Below, piece after piece: positions 12,653 to 24,384 of a stretch of DNA of 64,000 bases. Numbering within the stretch: the stretch's first letter is position 1; every line of letters begins with the position of its first letter. This stretch comes from Heptranchias perlo (taxonomy: Eukaryota): contig NC_090326.1 in NCBI RefSeq assembly GCF_035084215.1, positions 14,074,001 to 14,138,000 of the forward strand. Reading direction: 5' to 3'. A model generated the notes under the pieces. That model saw only the letters and a program-made list of their open reading frames with translations, was not told the DNA's origin and did not search any database. A program made the translations under genes and the position numbers.

Positions 12653-13516
12653 ACGTTTCCAGGTTGCAGCGGCGAAGAGGGGAGAAACTCCGAGGAAACC
12701 CACTCCACGATTTCTGTAAAACTGTTCCAGTTTGCTTTTGAATTGCAGTTGCAGAAAAGTTCTTTTTTTATGAAAAGTGCTTCCTTCTTAGTGCAGATTG
12801 GCACCTAAAATAAGTTGTGCAGTAAATGGTGCATTATCTTGACATGGCTGAACATTTCCTAACATCAAAGTGTCCATATAAAATGAGGCTTTTACCACTC
12901 AATTCAGCACAAAGCCAGACCTACGTGTCATTTTATCACTAAATGGAGTCTCAGATGTCATCTTTCATCAACGTCATGAATATGCTTTGGTTCACCAACA
13001 CAAAACATTGGCACATTTAAGCAACTTGCAAATCCATCATCTGTCAGAAACCTCTATGGAAGTTTGTGTTTATACTGAGTGGTTTTAGTGTGATAATATG
13101 AATTGATAATAATTTCATTAATTTTTTTTCTGTTCACACACTCTTGATAGCAACAAGCTGCTTTTTCCTGCTTCATGGTTAGCCAGTGTTTGCAGCTGGC
13201 CAGATGTTCATAGCCTTCATTGTCAATCCTCTGATGTTTTGTACCTACAGAGGTACGCAGTGCCTTGCTTTTATCACAACCGTGTCTGTGGCTATAACTT
13301 CCCTCCAGATCTCTGGCAGGACTGTAGTTGTCTCGGAATGAGACAGATGATGGGGGGATAATGTCCTCAATTAAAATTTCCCGCTGGAAGTCAGTCAGCC
13401 AGTTATTGGGTTTAATGCGCACTACACAGAGCCTAGCCCACAGTGCACAAGCCTCAGGCACTCTATGAGGAAAGAATTTTGTGGCCATTTATTGCTCGGT
13501 GTCAGACACAGATTGC

Positions 13517-13605
13517 AGTTTGATGAAAGGTCATTGAACTGAGACGTTAACTCTGTTTCTCTCTCCACAGATGCTGCCTGACCTGCTGAGTGTTTCCAGC
13601 ATTTC
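13517..13605 (+). mobile_element. Penelope-like element fragment with a degenerate minimal hammerhead motif
   Basis: AGTT-TGATGA-AAGGTCATTGAACT-GAGA-CGTT-AACT followed by CTCCACAGATGCTGCCTGACCTGCTGAG; repeated at 19543, 13855-14010 and 28550. Confidence 0.7.
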
Positions 13606-13854
13606 ATTACAGAATGTAATGTGATTGTGAATGTCTTCACAATCTGCAACAGCACAGTCAAAAAAAATCCCAGGACCTGCACATCTGAGTCTTGGATTTC
13701 ACACACACCCCATGATCAGGTGCATTTTTATGGTTGTTTTATGGTGTGTTTAGTATTCCTGTCCTGCTTTGCTGTGCTGTTTTATTAAAATTGCTTCATT
13801 CAAGCTGTTGGATAATTTGAACAAAAAGCAAAAAAAAAAACGACAGCCTGTGGA

Positions 13855-14012
13855 AATCTGAAGCAAAAACAGGAAAAGCCGGGACTCTCAGCAGGTCCAT
13901 CATTGTCTGTGGAGAGGACGAAGGAGTTAACGCTTCAGGTCTGCATCTGAAACATTCATTTGTCTGTTCTCACCACGGTTTCTGTTTGACCTGCTGAGTC
14001 TTTTCAGCATTG
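13855..14012. mobile_element. Inverted (head-to-head) dimer of the Penelope-like fragment
   Basis: CTCAGCAGGTC...TCTGTGGAGA...GAGTTAACG.TTCAGGT, then CTGAAACATT...CCAC...GACCTGCTGAG. Confidence 0.65.
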
Positions 14013-14402
14013 GATAATATGATTTTTTTTTTAAGCAAAACATGACTTTGAATGAACAGGAATAGCTATAAGGGCCCACCATACTGACTGCACTGTATTT
14101 TCAGGTCCTGTACTGGTTTAAAGCAGTAAAACAGTATTACTCTGGGGATTGTGTTTAATTTTACAGTCAACCTGAGTCTTCACTTCATCTGGTAGAATCC
14201 CGGAAGGTTCCAGACACTCTCCTGGCTGAACTCTTGTCGTGTTTGTAGGTATTTGAAGTTTCTTCAACATTCTGTGCAGTATCATTTGGGGAAAAGTAGC
14301 TCCTCCAAACATATTGACAGGCATAAAGAAGTCATTTCTCTGCCGATCTATGATCATCTGACTAACCCAACAGTTCCGACGCTGAATATGATAGTTCTTC
14401 CT

Positions 14403-17400
14403 TCTTTTGTATTCGTTCATGGGATATGGGCATCGCTGGCGAGGCCGGCATTTATTGCCCATCCCTAATTGCCCTTTGAGAAGGTGGTGGTGAGCCGCCT
14501 TCTTGAACCGCTGCAGTCCATGTGGTGAAGGTTCTCCCACAGTGCTGTTAGGAAGGGAGTTCCAGGATTTTGACCCAGCGACAATGAAGGAACGGCGATA
14601 TATTTCCAAGTTGGGATGGTGTGTGACTTGGAGGGGAAGGTGCAGGTGGTGTTGTTCCCATGTGCCTGCTGCTCTTGTCCTTCTAGGTGGTAGAAGTCGC
14701 GGGTTTGGGAGGTGCTGTCGAAGAAGCCTTGGCGAGTTGCTGCAGTGCATCCTGTGGATGGTACAAACTGCAGCCACTGTGCGCCGGTGGTGAAGGGAGT
14801 GAATGTTTAGGGTGGTGGATGGGGTGCCAATCAAGCGGGCTGCTTTGTCCTGGATGGTGTCGAGCTTCTTGAGTGTTGTTGGAGCTGCACTCATCCAGGC
14901 AAGTGGAGAGTATTCCATCACACTCCTGACTTGTGCCTTATAGTGGTGGAAAGGCTTTGGGGAGTTAGGAGGTGAGTCACTTGCCACAGAATACCCAGCC
15001 TCTGACCTGCTCTTGTAGCCACAGTATTTATATGGTTGGTCCAGTTGAGTTTCTGGTCAATGGCGACCCCCAGGATGTTGATGGTGGAGGATTCGGCGAT
15101 GGTAATGCCGTTGAATGTCAAGGGGAGGTGGTTAGACTCTCTTTTGTTGGAGATGGTCATTGCCTGGCACTTGTCTGGCGCTAATGTTACTTGCCACTTA
15201 TCAGCCCAAGCTCTTGCTGCATGCGGGCTCGGACTGCTTCATTATTTGAGGGGTTGCGAATGGAACTGAACACTGTGCAATCACCTGCGAACATCCCCAT
15301 TTCTGACCTTATGATGGAGGGAAGGTCATTGATGAAGCAGCTGAAGATGGTTGGGCCTAGGACACTGCCCTGAGGAACTCCTGCAGCAATGCCCTGGGGC
15401 TGAGATGATTGGCCACCAAGAACCACTACTATCTTCCTTTGTGCTAGGTATGACTCCAGCCACTGGAGAGCTTTCCCCCTGATTCCGATTGACTTCAATT
15501 TTACTAGGGCTCCTTGGTGCCACACTCGGTCAAATGCTGCCTTGATGTCAAGGGCAGTCACTCTCACCCCGCCTCTGGAATTCAGCTCTTTTGTCCATGT
15601 TTGGACGAAGGCTGAAATGAGGTCTGGAGCCGAGTGGTCCTGGCGGAACCCAAACTGAGCATCGGTGAGCAGGTTATTGGTGAGTAAGTGCTGCTTGATA
15701 GCACTGTCGACGACACCTTCCATCTCTTTGCTGATGATTGAGAGTAGACTGATAGGGCGGTAATTGGCTGGATTGGATTTGTCCTGCTTTTTGTGGACAG
15801 GACATACCTGGGCAATTTTCCACATTGTCGGGTAGATGCCAGTATTGTAGCTGTACTGGAACAGTTTGGCTAGAGGCGCTGCTAGTTCTGGAGCACAAGT
15901 CTTCAGCACTACAGCCGGGATGTTGTCGGGGCCCATAGCCTTTGCTGTATCCAGTGCACTCAGCCGTTTCTTGATATCACGTGGAGTGAATCGAATTGGC
16001 TGAAGACTGACTTCTGTGATGGTGGGGATATCGGGAGGAGGCCGAGATGGATCATCCACTCGGCACCTCTGGCTGAAGATGTTTGCAAACGCTTCAGCCT
16101 TGTCTTTTGCACTCACGTGCTGGACTCTGCCATTATTCAGGATGGGGATGTTTGCAGAGCCTCCTCCTCCCGTTAGTTGTTTAATTGTCCACCACCATTC
16201 ACGACTGGATGTGGCAGGACTGCAGAGCTTTGATCTGATCCGTTGGTTGTGGAATCGCTTAACTCTGTCTATAGCATGTTGCTTCCGCTGTTTAGCATGC
16301 ATGTAGTCCTGAGTTGTAGCTTCACCAGGTTGGTACCTCATTTTTAGGTATGCCTGGTGCTGCTCCTGGCATGCTCTTCTACACTCCTCATTGAACCAGG
16401 ATTGATCCCCTGGCTTGTTGGTAATGGTAGAGTGAGGAATATGCCGGGCCATGAGGTTACAGATTGTGCTGGAATACAATTCTGCTGCAGCTGATGGCCC
16501 ACAGCGCCTCATGGTTGCCCAGCTTTGAGTTGCTAGATCTGTTCTGAATCTATCCCATTTAGCACGGTGGTAGTGCCACACATCACGTTGGATGGTGTCC
16601 TCAGTGCGCAGATGAAACTTCATCTCCACGAGGACTGTGTGGTGGTCACTCCTACCAATACTGTCATAGACAGGTGCATTTGCGACAGGTAGATTGGTGA
16701 GGACGAGGTCAAGTAAGTTTTTCCCTCGTGTTGGTTCACTCACCGCCTGCCCCAGGCCCCGTCTGGCAGCTATGTCCTTCAGGACTCAGCCAGCTCGGTC
16801 AGTAGTGGTGCTACCGAGCCACTCTTGGTGATGGACATTGAAGTCCTCCACCCAGAGTACATTTTGTGCCCTTGCTACCCTCAGTGCTTCCTCCAAGTGG
16901 TGTTCTACATGGAGGAGGACTGATTCATCAGCTGAGGGAGGGCGGTAGATGGTGATCAGCAGGAGGTTTCCTTGCCCATGTTTGACCTGATGCCATGAGA
17001 TTTCATGGGGTCCAGAGTCAATGTTGAGGACTCCCAGGGCCACTCCCTCCTGACTGTATATCACTGTACCCCCACCTCTGGTGGGTCTGTCCTGCCGGTG
17101 GGACAGGACATACCCAGGGATGGCGATGGAAGAGTCTGGGACGTTGGCTGAAAGGTATGATTCTGTGAGTATGGCTATGTCAGGCTGTTGCTTGACTAGT
17201 CTGTGGGACAGCTCTCCCAATTTTGGCACAAATCTCCAGATGTTAGTGAGGAGAACTTTGCAGGGTCGACTGGGCTTGGTGTTTTGCCGTTGTCGTGTCC
17301 GGTGCCTAGTGGTCTGATGCCGGGTGGTCCGTCCGGTTTTATTCTTATTATGACTTTTCGTAGCGAGATTTTACAACTGAGTGGTTTGCTAGGCCATTTC

Positions 17401-17590
17401 AGAGGGCAATTAAGAATCGACCACATTGCTGTGGGTCTGGAGTCACATATGGGCCAGACCGGGTAAGGACGGCAGGTTTCCTTCCCTAAAGGACATTAGT
17501 GAACCAGATGGGTTTTTACGACAATCCGGTAGTTTCATGGCTATCATTACTGATACTAGTATTTTAATTCCAGATTTTATTTAATTAAAT
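14403..17590 (-). mobile_element. Near full-length LINE family A (APE endonuclease plus RT), inactivated
   Basis: ORF pieces 16786-17229 (QPDIAILTESYL, DFNVHH), 15187-16743 (LDLVLTN, SDH, NYRPISLL, LDIKAAFD, GVPQGSVLGP), 14918-15160 and 14118-14987; about 330 bp non-coding 5' region; A-rich 3' end. Confidence 0.97.
14455..17260 (-). pseudogene. LINE ORF2 (endonuclease/reverse transcriptase), with frameshifts and FAGD in place of FADD
   Basis: Four ORF fragments in different frames, collinear with the copies at 3340 and 21001. Confidence 0.92.
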
Positions 17591-18639
17591 CTATGTGGTT
17601 GCTTGGCTGTTTTCCCAGATGAGATTCAGTTTATACACTCCAGAAACATTACTAACTGAAGCAAATCCCATCTAACAAGCAACATTGGTGACGATTCTCA
17701 AAGTGAACATCCCATAATGGATCGGATGAGGACCTTAAATTTGCAATGGTCGCTTTAATCTCGGCAGATTAGCAAATAGTTTCTCTCCTCCAGTGCCTCC
17801 TCTGTTATATCCAATGCTTAATCTAAGGAGGACAAATTGTTTTTTCTGGACAGTAAGAAATTATCTTTACAATTCAAATTATTTTAATTGGGGGATTTGC
17901 TGAAGAATGGTGGCTGTCTCCTTTTTAATTCGGGGCATCAAGATGTCTTGCTACCTCCACCCAGGAGAGAAGCAGCAACAATCAGACAATAGAATCGGGC
18001 CCCGGCAAACCCCGATTAATGCAGATCTCCAGAAGCTTCCGAGGTGCCGCCCTAATTCCACGAGCCCTTCCTGGCTGCGGCCGCGATTCTTAAAACCTCG
18101 GCACTCAATTCTTAAAACCTTGGCGCTCTCAGCTGAAGACAAGCGGGAAACCAGCGGGGTCAAGGATCGGGTCCTGATCATGCATTCCGCGGATCAATCA
18201 CCCGGCTCCATTACACCGCAAACCGCGTCAGAACTTCATACGGGCGCTACAACCTACAACATGGTAACCTATTGACAAGCAACCTCTGTCAAACAGCTGA
18301 CACGCAGTTCCTGATGTGAGCAAGCTTGTGTGCCAGGGACTGAATAGGGTGGGGTGTGGAAGGAATGTTCAGTGTTGCACAAACCCCGCGCTGGGGCCAG
18401 GCCTCCTCCTTCTCTATCTCCTGCTCCTTCCGGCAAGTCTGTTCCCTGGTGTCCTTGGGTGGGACGGATGATGCAACATTGCTGCTGATTGGGGAACTCA
18501 TAACATCTGCTTTCACCTACAGCAGCAGAAGCTTATATAGATTACACGACATCGGCGGCATGGAATCTCCCCACCCAACGTCGACAGGTGCCGTGCAGAC
18601 AGTGAGTTGCAGCGTGCAAGGGCTGGTCATGGAAAGAGC

Positions 18640-18965
18640 TGACAGCAGTTTGTGCAGATCAGGCTTCTACTGAAGGGCAAGGGAGGTGCTGGGTAGTGTC
18701 CAGTGCAGAATCATGGGCTGCTATGGGGAGGTGGAGAGAAAGTGAAGGAATGTATGTATGAATGAAGGAAGTGCTCGTGATCGTTATAGTTGGTGTTGTG
18801 CGTAATTGTGAGGAGATGTTGCAGGGTCCGACCTTGCTGTTCCTGGCTCCTGGTGAGGTCATTGAACGCGGCACTGAGGCTGTGCTCTTTGAACAGCACT
18901 TTCAGCATTAATGCTGACCACCTTCTCCCGCCATGCTCTTTACCCCGCAGCCTTAGAGAACCTGT
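18640..18965 (-). pseudogene. Decayed Harbinger Myb/SANT-like gene fragment
   Basis: Minus strand gives RAWREKVVSINAESAVQRAQPQCR/FNDLTRS, matching W...V...R...QCRKKFNDLTR in the copies at 42.7 and 44.9 kb. Confidence 0.6.
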
Positions 18966-19542
18966 GGTCATCTTGGGGAAATACTCCGTCCCTACTTAGC
19001 TACATTTCCTGCAGCAAGATTTCTATACTGTCTGTCCCTCCACTGATGCCAGACATCTTAGCCTAATTCCAAGCAAACACTTTAAACACTGTTAAGGGCA
19101 TGTGCCCAGTGTCAGGCTCTACACGCACCTAGTATATGACCTGAACCTGGATATATGGACTGGTTGAGATCTGTTGGAGTGTGGCATATTTGGTTAGTGC
19201 ACCACCTGAGGTGTGCTTGGATTGGGGAGGAAAATCAGTCCCTTTATGTTTTAATGTTTCTTATGGGATTTCATAGCTGGTGAGCACTGGTCGCACTGAG
19301 TGTAGTCTAGCTGAAAATGTGTAAAATTGCCCAAATCAGGACTGTCACTATCAAACACTCGTAGCTCTGTGAATAGAATGACTTTGAATTCCTTTTCTTC
19401 ACTGATTTTATTAATTACATTCGTGGGATAATGTGAAAGCTTTATTGTTCAATTGTTCAGCAAGGGAGAGAAGACTCACAGATCACCCAGGGTCTTAGAA
19501 ACATCTTCATGTGCATCACTTGGCTACGGATAAACAACCTAA

Positions 19543-19642
19543 TCCGACGAAAGGTCATCGACCTGAAAGGTTAACTCTGTTTCTTTCTCCGCAGATGCTG
19601 CCTGATCTGCTGAGTATTTCCAGCATTTTCTGTTTTTATTTC
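19543..19642 (+). mobile_element. Penelope-like element fragment with a hammerhead-like motif
   Basis: CCGACGA-A-AGGTC-ATC-GACCT-GAAA-GGTT-AACT (perfect 5-bp stem II), followed by the shared downstream segment. Confidence 0.72.
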
Positions 19643-20269
19643 TAATCTAATCAGGATAGGTTTAATGCTGTGAGTGGATGGGCATCTGCTTTTGTGTGAC
19701 AGAGTTTGCAGCTCATTGTTTGAGTTATGGCACCTCTGAATGTGGACCAACTTCTCAAAGAGGGGGCTACATCAAAGGGTTTTATGGATAAAGGAATCCA
19801 ACGCCTTAGATGCACCAGTCAGTTGAAGTTTTGACCTAGCTGAAAATGACGCAGCTCTGTCTGCAGGACGCTGTGTAGTTCCAAGAAAAATTGCATCCAT
19901 AGGGATCAGGCAGCCACTTCACTTAGAGAGCCCATTTGACAACTTTTTAAATAAAGCCTGCAAAGAAATACAGTCAATGGGTTTGCGTTTTTAACCCTTT
20001 CATGAGCTGGTCCAAAGCTGCTGTGTTATTTGGCCTGACTTCAACTGTTTGCTGTTTGTGCTTGCTGCTGTAAAGGACTCAATCTGTGAATAAACCCATT
20101 TGGTAATTTACAAAAATGTCGGGTATTACTAATTCTAATTATTTTCTGCAGTCCTGTGGATGAGTAATGAGAATCCTACTTGAATCCAGAGACAAAAAAA
20201 TGGGACCATTGTTTGCGGTGGGCACATTAGCCCACATCACTTGCACTCATGGGGTTGAAATTGGTCTCG

Positions 20270-20410
20270 GGCGGTAGTGCCAATCAGCCGATAGTGAATC
20301 GGCTGCCCGTTTTACACCCCCCGCCCGGCTTTCTTTACCGTTGACTTCACTTGAAAAGAAAGATGCGGGGGGTGTGAAACGGGCGGCTGATCCCCTACCG
20401 TCCAGTTTGC
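20270..20410. mobile_element. Palindromic MITE, same family as 4758, right end degenerate
   Basis: GGGGTTGAAATTGGTCT...GATAGTGAATCGG...TTGACTTCA...GGTGTGAAACGGGCGG. Confidence 0.75.
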
Positions 20411-20539
20411 AAGAGGCTTGCCCATGGGAGCTAGCTCTTGTGTTTGGCATGAGGATAAAGTATCAGAAAAAGTCCACTCTGCCAACAGTGAGCAAGTGGA
20501 TTATCCGACATTGGACTCAGCTGCGCAGAATAGAAAGTG

Positions 20540-20665
20540 ACAATTCGATGCCTGGTCTGTGCTGTGTTACTTGATCTTAACTAGGCAGCACGTAAGGTGC
20601 TACAATTGACCTCAGTATCCATAGACAAGGCAAAAATCAGTGTTTAGTGTCTTTTCTGATCGTCT
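20540..20665 (+). mobile_element. AmnSINE2-like fragment
   Basis: TTCGATGCCTGGTCTGTGCTG...GGTGCTACAATTGACCTCAGT...AAAAATCAG. Confidence 0.5.
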
Positions 20666-21001
20666 GACTGAGATAATGAACTCACCGTGTGAGGAATCAT
20701 TGCTACAAACCAGTTATTACTCCCTGGCACAGTTTCCTTAGTCATGTTCTCACCTGCTGCATCATTGTTTGATCCTTGAGATCACTTTCAGTGGAGTTCA
20801 TAGATGAATTGAGAATTTTCTTTTCTTTGCAGCATGTCCATTCCATAGTTATAGCATCTAAGCTGGTGAGAGATGGACTGTATACTGTTCTTTCAAAAGT
20901 CCAAAGAGATGTTCTGGAGTGAAAGCGAACACCTTATCCAAATCGATCTCGATGTTCCGATGTCCCAAAGCAGTTTGAGTGCAAAGAGGTAGACTAGAAT
21001 A

Positions 21002-22694
21002 TTTTTTTTATATTCGTTCATGGGATGTGGGCGTCGCTGGCGAGGCCGGCATTTATTGCCCATCCCTAATTACCCTTGAGAAGGTAGTGGTGAGCCACCT
21101 TCTTGAACAGCTGCAGTCCGTGTGGTGAAGGTTCTCCCACAGTGCTGTTAGGAAGGGAGTTCCAGGATTTTGACCCAGCGACGATGAAGGAACGGCGATA
21201 TATTTCCAAGTCGGGATGGTGTGTGACTTGGAGGGGAACGTGCAGATGGTGTTGTTCCCATGTGCCTGCAGTTCTTGTCCTTCTAGGTGGTAGGGGTCGC
21301 CGGTTTGGGAGGTGCTGTCGAAGAAGCCTTGGCGGGTTGCTGCAGTGCATCCTGTGGATGGTGCACACTGCAGCCACTGTGCACCGGTGGTGAAGGGAGT
21401 GAATGTTTAGGGTGGTGGATGGGGTGCCAATCAAGAGGGCTGCTTTGTCCTGGATGGTGTCGAGCTTCTTGAGTGTTGTTGGAGCTGCACTCATCCAAGC
21501 AAGTGGAGAGTATTCCATCACACTCCTGACTTGTGCCTTGTAGATGGTGGAAAGGCTTTGGGGAGTCAAGAGGTGAGTCACTCGCCGCAGAATACCCAGC
21601 CTCTGACCTGCTCTTGTAGCCACAGTATTTATATGGCTGGTCCAGTTAAGTTTCTGGTCAATGGTGACCTCCAGGATGTTGATGGTGGGGGATTCGGCGA
21701 TGGTAATGTCGTTGAATGTCAAGGGGAGGTGGTTAGACTCTCTATTGTTGGAGCTGGTTATTGCCTGGCACTTGTTTGGCGCGAATGTTACTTGCCACTT
21801 ATCAGCCCAAGCCTGGATGTTGTCCAGGTCTTGCTGCATGCGGGCTCGGACTGCTTCATTATTTGAGGGGTTGCGAATGGATCTGAACACTGTGCAATCA
21901 CCTGCGAACATCCCCATTTCTGACCTTATGATGGAGGGAAGGTCATTGATGAAGCAGTTGAAGATGGTTGGGCCTAGGTCACTGCCCTGAGGAACGCCTG
22001 CAGCAGTGCCCTGGGGCTGAGATGATTGGCCTCCAACAACTACTACCATCTTCCTTTGTGCTAGGTATGACTCGAGTCACTGGAGAGTTTCCCCCCTGAT
22101 TCCCATTGACTTCAATTTTACTAGGGCTTCTTGGTGCCACACTCGGTCAAATGCTGCCTTGATGTCAAGGGCAGTCACTCTTACCTCACCTCTGGAATTC
22201 AGCTCTTTTGTCCATGTTTGGACCAAGGCTGTAATTAGGTCTGGAGCCGAGTGGTCCTGGCAGAACCCAAACTGAGCATCGGTGAGCAGGTTATTGGTGA
22301 GTAAGTGCCGCTTGATAGCACTGTCGACGACACCTTCCATCACTTTGCTGATGATTGAGAGTAGGCTGATGGGGCGGTAATTGGCTGGATTGGATTTATC
22401 CTGCTTTTTGTGGATAGGACATACCTGGGCAATTTTCCACATTGTCGGGTAGATGCCAGTATTGTAGCTGTGCTGGAACAGCTTGGCTGGAGGCGCAGCT
22501 AGTTCTGGAGCACAAGTCTTCAGCACTACAGCCGGGATGTTGTCGGGGCCCATAGCCTTTGCTGTGTCCAGTGCACTCAGCCGTTTCTTGATATCAGGTG
22601 GAGTGAATCGAATTGGCTGAAGACTGGCTTCTGTGATGGTGGGGATATCGGGAGGAGGCCGAGATGGATCATCCACTCGTCACTTCTGGCTGAA
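21002..22694 (-). mobile_element. LINE family A, 5'-truncated (complete RT region)
   Basis: ORFs 22077-22676 and 21066-22049 are near-identical to the 14403 copy; poly(A) end. Confidence 0.97.
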
Positions 22695-22744
22695 AATGAA
22701 CTCCAAAAAACAAACTACTGTGATTTAGTTGGGGTGAGTACTGC

Positions 22745-23293
22745 GGGGACCGAAGTTCCTGATTTGGGCAAAGTGGAAATAAAAAGTTGCACCCACAAGA
22801 TTGGTGGAACCTGAGTCTCCTAGAATTCTGTCCCAGGAACGTTGCACCATAAATTCAGTGCAGTGGGGCAGGGTGGGGTGCAACTTCCATCCATCTCCTT
22901 CCTTGTCCGCAGCCAGCTTTGGGGGTGCGTCTGGGGGTGTTCCTGGGCTACTCCGGGATCTTTGTCAGCACGTCCAGATTGGGTCTGGAGGATGCCATGC
23001 CTGCTGTGTGCAGAAGTGGGTCCATATTGGGCCTTAAGGAGGCCCCATACACCTGAGGGAAGAAAGGTAACTGATCCCAGAGGGGAAAGATCACCTTATA
23101 TTGCCCAAATTTTGCTCCCCATGCAGGGGGGACAGATTTTTAAAAAATTCAGTCTTCAGCCTGTCGAGGGACTTTGGCTTCCCCCACCAGCTCTGGAATT
23201 TGGGCTGAGGCTAATATCTCGAAGATTCGGCAACTGGGAGTCTCGCTCCAACATACTCCGGGTGTTGGGGCGGGGCCCCGGAATTTCAGCGCC
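22745..23293. mobile_element. Candidate non-autonomous TIR element
   Basis: GC-rich island bounded by GGGGACCGAAGTTCC and GGAATTTCAGCGCC (imperfect inverted repeats). Confidence 0.4.
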
Positions 23294-24384
23294 TTGGCCT
23301 TTAAGGGTTCTTTCAAGAATGAGTTTGATCCATCTTAATCCAGCTCTCAACAGCACAAACTGTCAATAATTCATCATTAATTGCTGCAAAGCAGGCAATG
23401 TAATTCAGAAAACCCATAACAATGAATGATGTGGGAAACTGAAATGCCAGTATGGGCACTCTCTTCTATGACTGATGGTGAGACACATCTTTTGGAGGAG
23501 ATTTTCACTATAGCGCTGAACCTAAGTGGAGAGTGCTAGATATTAATGTTGGGCGCCAATACAGTACCAGTGATGCACTGATTGTGCACTAATTGTATTC
23601 ATGTGCCTTACCTTAATTGGAACGTGTCCTGAAATTCTCTTTAACATGGTGATGGGGTATGGCTAAGCTTCTCACATTTCGTTAGCAATAACACTTAGGT
23701 CTATGAGATGTTCAAAGAAGAAAAAAAAATGAAAGCAAGCTCAAATAGATATTTTATTGGAAAAATTTAAACTGCCGTGACACGCAAGTGTACATAAAAT
23801 TACTTCTCATTATAATTACCTTGTAGTTATCAGAATTCAATTGTATTAAAGCCATGATTTATTCCAGATAAATGGCCAATATATTAGGTGCGATGACATT
23901 GGGCCATTCTACTGCTGGATCCATGAGCTGATTTTTTCCCTCTAAATTTAATGGAAATTGAAAGTGTCCTTGGGAGATTTATCAGTATTTTCTCTTCGTG
24001 TGCTGATTGCGATAAGGAATGACAGTGTTGAAAAGAAACAAAGTGAAACGTTTCTGTGTTTCCCCACTGAAGTGGTAGACTCTCTGATTAGAGCCATGGG
24101 CAGATTGCCAGTTATTATTGCATTCTCTTTGCCCCACCAATGCATCGCACTCAGTGCTGGACCTATTGGAGTTGAGTGTAGTCATTCTGGTGTCTAATTT
24201 TTGTGCAGCAAGTTCATTGCAAATGCTATCTGAAAGTACAACAATCAAAAGTGTTTCCTTTCCTGTGATCACAGTTTGAATGCAGGTTTCCTGAGGTGAG
24301 GAACAAGAATAGTGCTCAAATATCTCCATCTTCATTCCCCCAGGTGACTGGGGGTAAAAGCACTGGGCAATGTTCCACAACGCA

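Noticed and set aside
13054-13488. 144-aa ORF
   Set aside because: No recognisable motif or splice context
17260-17430. 2A-like ribosome-skipping peptide before the LINE endonuclease
   Set aside because: No D(V/I)ExNPGP motif in the frames examined
20820-20875. Candidate micro-exon (TTTCTTTGCAG ... GTGAGA)
   Set aside because: Peptide not recognised; such signals are common by chance
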